In this document: positions 60,489-64,000 of the stretch, in pieces
How the letters are laid out: each line of letters opens with the position of its first letter
Position numbering within the stretch: the first letter of the stretch is position 1
Made by a program: the position numbers and the translations under genes
Origin: Spirulina sp.
GTDB taxonomy: Bacteria > Cyanobacteriota > Cyanobacteriia > Phormidesmidales > Phormidesmidaceae
Assembly (NCBI GenBank): GCA_044070495.1
Contig: JBIPSI010000004.1
Span: 135,577 to 199,576, forward strand
Reading direction: 5' to 3'
Length of the DNA: 64,000 nucleotides
The notes under the pieces: model-generated
Told to the model about the DNA's origin: nothing
Database searches by the model: none
Seen by the model: the letters and a program-made list of their open reading frames with translations, nothing else

Positions 60489-62117
60489 GTGAATTATCGC
60501 TATAGACAAACTCCTAGGCAGACCATCTGGCCCCTGTCTGTCTTGGGCAGTGGGGCGCTGATCCTTCCCCTGCTGGGATGGAGTGCTCCAGGCTATACCG
60601 CTCCCTGCCAAGGTCCTATTGCCCTCCAAGCAACCGATTGCGCCGATTGGATCGCAGGTTTTCCTAGGGATAATTTAGGGATAACCAAGGAAACAACGGT
60701 CAAACCGTCAACATCGCTGCTTCCCTTGCAATATGAGGCATCTGCGGCTCAACCCAGCCCGGAGTTATCGTCCAATTGTGAGAACGCCACGCCGCCATGG
60801 CTCACCCCATCCAATGATGCGGAGTCAGCGATGTCGAGTCAGGCGGCTGATCGGTATCCGGTGTCAACCGGCCTAGCAGCGGCCTCTCTCACCGGGGATG
60901 CTCCTATTCCAACAGCGCCAGCCTTGGCCCAAACCAGCAGTGGTTCACCGCCACTTAGTGTTTGGGAACGCTCAACGTTAACAGGGGATTGGGGCGGGCT
61001 GCGATCAGACTTTGCCGATAGTGGCGTCACCTTCGACCTCTACTTCACGCAGTTTTTGCAGGGGGCCGTGATCAGCTCCGGCTCCCGTGAATTCAACTAC
61101 GGGGGGCGCTTCGATGCCCTGATCAATTTTGATACGGAAAAGCTGGGCCTCTGGGAGGGGGGAAGTTTCAATACCCACCTGGAACTACGGTACGGCAGTA
61201 TTCCTCCCTTGCCGACGGCCCAGGGAGCCTTTTGGCCTGTCAATACAGGAGCCGCGCTTCCCTTGGGAGACTCAGGAAATTTAGTGGCCTCCTCGCTCTA
61301 CCTATCCCAGCGGTTGGGCGATGTTTCGCTGCTCATTGGCAAAATTAACGTACTCGACTTGTTAGCCCGTGACCCGTTCTTTGGTGGTTGGGGTACACAG
61401 CGATTTATGAACCTTTCCTTCGTTGCTCCTCCCAGTGGTGTCCTGCCACCCACCATCTTTGGAGCGATCACCAACATCCGCCTCGACCCCATTACCCTCA
61501 CCTTCATGGTCTATGACCCCAACGACCAGACCAACAATTACTGGCCCAATAATTTGTTTGAAGACGGCGTAACCTTCTCGGCTGGGGCCACCTACGCCAC
61601 GACGATTAGCCATCGACCAACCACCGTTAGCCTCGCGGGCACCTACAGCACTCAAGCAGGGCCAGACCTAAACGATATTCTGTTGCCGCCGGACATCGAA
61701 GGTGGCACTCAACAAGGCTCCTACGCGATTGCGTTCCAGTTCAGCCATTTACTCCAACAACTGCCCGATAACCCCCGTGAAGGCTGGGGCATCTACTTCA
61801 GAGGGTTGCTGGCCGATGGCAACCCCAACCCGATTCAAGGGTCAGTGGTGACAGGCATCGGTGGTAGAGGGCTATTCGCTAACAGACCTCAAGATCGTTT
61901 CGGGCTGGGTGTTTTTTACTGGAACTTCAGTGATGAGCTTCAAAGCACGGTCAATCCCATCATTGACTTTGGGAATGGCTCTGGTTTGGAAGCCTATTAT
62001 AGCTATGCGATTACGCCATGGTTTCACTTGACGGGGGATGTGCAATACATCAATCCCGCAAACCAGAGTTTCAGCGACGCTCTGTTTCTAGGATTGCGGG
62101 CTGGTCTGCGATTTTAG
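60489..62117 (+). CDS. OprB-family carbohydrate-selective porin
   Basis: LTGDWGGLRS, RPQDRFGLG, EAYY, DVQYINP, C-terminal GLRAGLRF. Confidence 0.85.
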   Translation: MNYRYRQTPRQTIWPLSVLGSGALILPLLGWSAPGYTAPCQGPIALQATDCADWIAGFPRDNLGITKETTVKPSTSLLPLQYEASAAQPSPELSSNCENATPPWLTPSNDAESAMSSQAADRYPVSTGLAAASLTGDAPIPTAPALAQTSSGSPPLSVWERSTLTGDWGGLRSDFADSGVTFDLYFTQFLQGAVISSGSREFNYGGRFDALINFDTEKLGLWEGGSFNTHLELRYGSIPPLPTAQGAFWPVNTGAALPLGDSGNLVASSLYLSQRLGDVSLLIGKINVLDLLARDPFFGGWGTQRFMNLSFVAPPSGVLPPTIFGAITNIRLDPITLTFMVYDPNDQTNNYWPNNLFEDGVTFSAGATYATTISHRPTTVSLAGTYSTQAGPDLNDILLPPDIEGGTQQGSYAIAFQFSHLLQQLPDNPREGWGIYFRGLLADGNPNPIQGSVVTGIGGRGLFANRPQDRFGLGVFYWNFSDELQSTVNPIIDFGNGSGLEAYYSYAITPWFHLTGDVQYINPANQSFSDALFLGLRAGLRF

Positions 62118-62386
62118 AGGGTTTATATTCTAGGGCGCGTCATCCTTTAGTTGCTCATAGTTGCTCAAAGTCGAGGTTATCTGCCGCCGCACAAATTTCA
62201 CGATAGATTTTCAGTGTGTTTTCTTTAAGTAGAGGCTTCTTATGGCAATTTCTGTTCCGGGTGATCCCATTGATAGTATTTGGCTCAGTTTGCCCCTAGC
62301 AACCTGGCAAGATACCTATGCAACTGTCCATCTATGGACAGGTAGCCGTAGATCGTACCCCAACCGCATAAGGAGCATACCCGAAA

Positions 62387-62962
62387 ATGGTTAAAGGCAG
62401 GTTAGAAGCATTCAGTGATGGGGTAATTGCTATTATTATCACCATTATGGTGCTGGAGTTGAAAAGACCTCACGAGTCAGATCTAGCGGCGCTACTTCCC
62501 CTGATTCCAACATTCCTAAGCTACGTGTTGAGTTTCGTGTATGTTGGTATTTACTGGAATAATCACCATCACCTATTTCAGGCCGTCCGACACGTCAATG
62601 GTGCAACTTTGTGGGCAAACCTACATTTGTTGTTCTGGTTATCATTATTTCCCTTTGCTACAGCATGGATGGGTGAAAATCACTTTGCGGCGATGCCCGT
62701 TGCGCTTTATGGTGTGATTCTATTGTTGGCTGCGATTTCCTACTTTGCTCTAACCCGCACGCTTATTTTGTACCATGGCCAAAATTCCACCCTTGCGAAC
62801 GCTCTTGGTCGGGATCTTAAAGGAAAGTTATCGGTATTGATTTATGCCGTTGCAATTCCCCTTGCTTTTGCAATCCCTTGGCTTGCCTGTGCGTTGTATA
62901 TTCTGGTTGCCGTCATGTGGCTCGTTCCTGATCGCCGCATTGAAAAGACATTGAACTCATAA
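62387..62962 (+). CDS. TMEM175 family (DUF1211) K+ channel
   Basis: RLEAFSDGVIAIIITIMVLE, YWNNHHHLF. Confidence 0.9.
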   Translation: MVKGRLEAFSDGVIAIIITIMVLELKRPHESDLAALLPLIPTFLSYVLSFVYVGIYWNNHHHLFQAVRHVNGATLWANLHLLFWLSLFPFATAWMGENHFAAMPVALYGVILLLAAISYFALTRTLILYHGQNSTLANALGRDLKGKLSVLIYAVAIPLAFAIPWLACALYILVAVMWLVPDRRIEKTLNS

Positions 62963-63105
62963 CGTTTCATGTTCTGATGCGACAAAAAACAGCTAACAAT
63001 CCCGCTGCACCAGAACGAAGTCAATCTATCAGCAAGAAGCAGAGGTTATCTAGGTTCGGTGAGCGGGGGCGTTAGATTGCCTATACAATTGGCCTACTGC
63101 CTAAG

Positions 63106-63609
63106 TCAGACTACCTTTTCAGAATCCGACAAAACGGCTTGTGAAGAACTCTCCAAATCAGCGGTCATAGATGGGAACGCAATCTCTGGATCGGGAAAGA
63201 TAGATCGCTGCTCGATCCAATAGCCCAGCGTCCAGAGAGACACCAAGGAATCCACGACCAACACCGGGAAATAGCCGTAGGTATTGGGGTTAGCAAATCC
63301 GCGAGAAATGACATAAAGCCCAACCATCCAGGCTTTTTCCGCAAAAGAGTAGAACACCACCGGGGCACGCCAGGATTTCTTGAACGCAGCTACCACCATA
63401 ACCACCCCCATAAACCCAACCATGACACCCCAGTGGTTATAAAAGAAGTAGTGCCCCTGATTGAAATAATCAGATTTAAAGGTCTCATCATAGGGAATTT
63501 TCAGGATGTTCACGATTCCCCACGTTGGCGCAATGGCATAGATAAAACAAGAGGCTGTCGCCAGCCCCATAACGAAGAGCATTTTAGGGAGGTGGCGGGT
63601 AAAAAACAT
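63106..63609 (-). CDS. Hypothetical membrane protein
   Basis: 4 hydrophobic segments; HWGVMVG...EK pattern. Confidence 0.6.
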   Translation of the reverse strand: MFFTRHLPKMLFVMGLATASCFIYAIAPTWGIVNILKIPYDETFKSDYFNQGHYFFYNHWGVMVGFMGVVMVVAAFKKSWRAPVVFYSFAEKAWMVGLYVISRGFANPNTYGYFPVLVVDSLVSLWTLGYWIEQRSIFPDPEIAFPSMTADLESSSQAVLSDSEKVV

Positions 63610-64000
63610 GATCAGGTTCTTGAGATTGACACCTCAGAATAAGATGATTAACTACAAAAAACAATATTTTAGACATTTCTTTAATGTTAAAAATTAAGAA
63701 TCGAAAACCCATGATTTGAGTTGAAGTCATCTAGAGATGCAAGGTGCTGGGATAAAAGTTGAGGTGAGCAGTCTGTAAGCCCGACCAGTGGAGGGATTGA
63801 CAAAGGGAGAAACGAGGAGGTGAGCTAGGAATTACCACAAACTTAGCAACACCCTCCTCAGAGGATATTTGGAAAGTAGCAATTGGCACAGAGTGACCCG
63901 GAACGCAGAAAAGGCTTCCTGGGTATTAGGCTCAGAGTAACGAACACTGTAGCTCCTTGGAAGCCATGACATCAGAGTATTCCAGCCACCTGACCTGTGA

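Noticed and set aside
63720..64000. Possible partial gene at the right edge
   Set aside because: No convincing reading frame or motif recognised

Overview
Chromosomal window from a cyanobacterium, most likely a filamentous Leptolyngbya/Nodosilinea-like one (inferred from Uma2 nucleases, AAA_35 proteins, DUF4347, heptamer STRR-like repeats and the palindromic intergenic repeat families). 1-20 kb is mostly ordinary: ABC ATPase, SH3 proteins, Ser/Thr kinase, ferredoxin, hydA, GntR, histidine kinase, lepA, ssb, GDPD and a BtuF-like protein. 20-30 kb holds an NLR-like locus: an HTH-AAA_35 protein, an AAA_35 protein with a recently amplified WD40-like repeat array, an MNT-HEPN pair, and divergently a Cys-rich microprotein, an NfeD-like gene and a subtilase. 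32-63 kb is a sulfatase/phosphoesterase island: FGE, two arylsulfatases plus a remnant, a Tat 5'-nucleotidase, an OprB porin, a Pho84/PHT1-like MFS and four clustered DUF202 (VTC1-like) genes. Three of its exported hydrolases share an identical 16-bp upstream motif. Embedded in the island is an integron-type cassette array with no integrase in the window. It has two canonical 86-bp attC sites (one split by a MITE with an 8-bp TSD), an attI-like core flanked by phased 41-bp palindromic repeats, and cargo of a KAP NTPase, a TA pair and a GIY-YIG-like gene. A second, decayed cassette locus lies near 53.5-54 kb. All calls come from reading the sequence and motif recognition; no searches were run.
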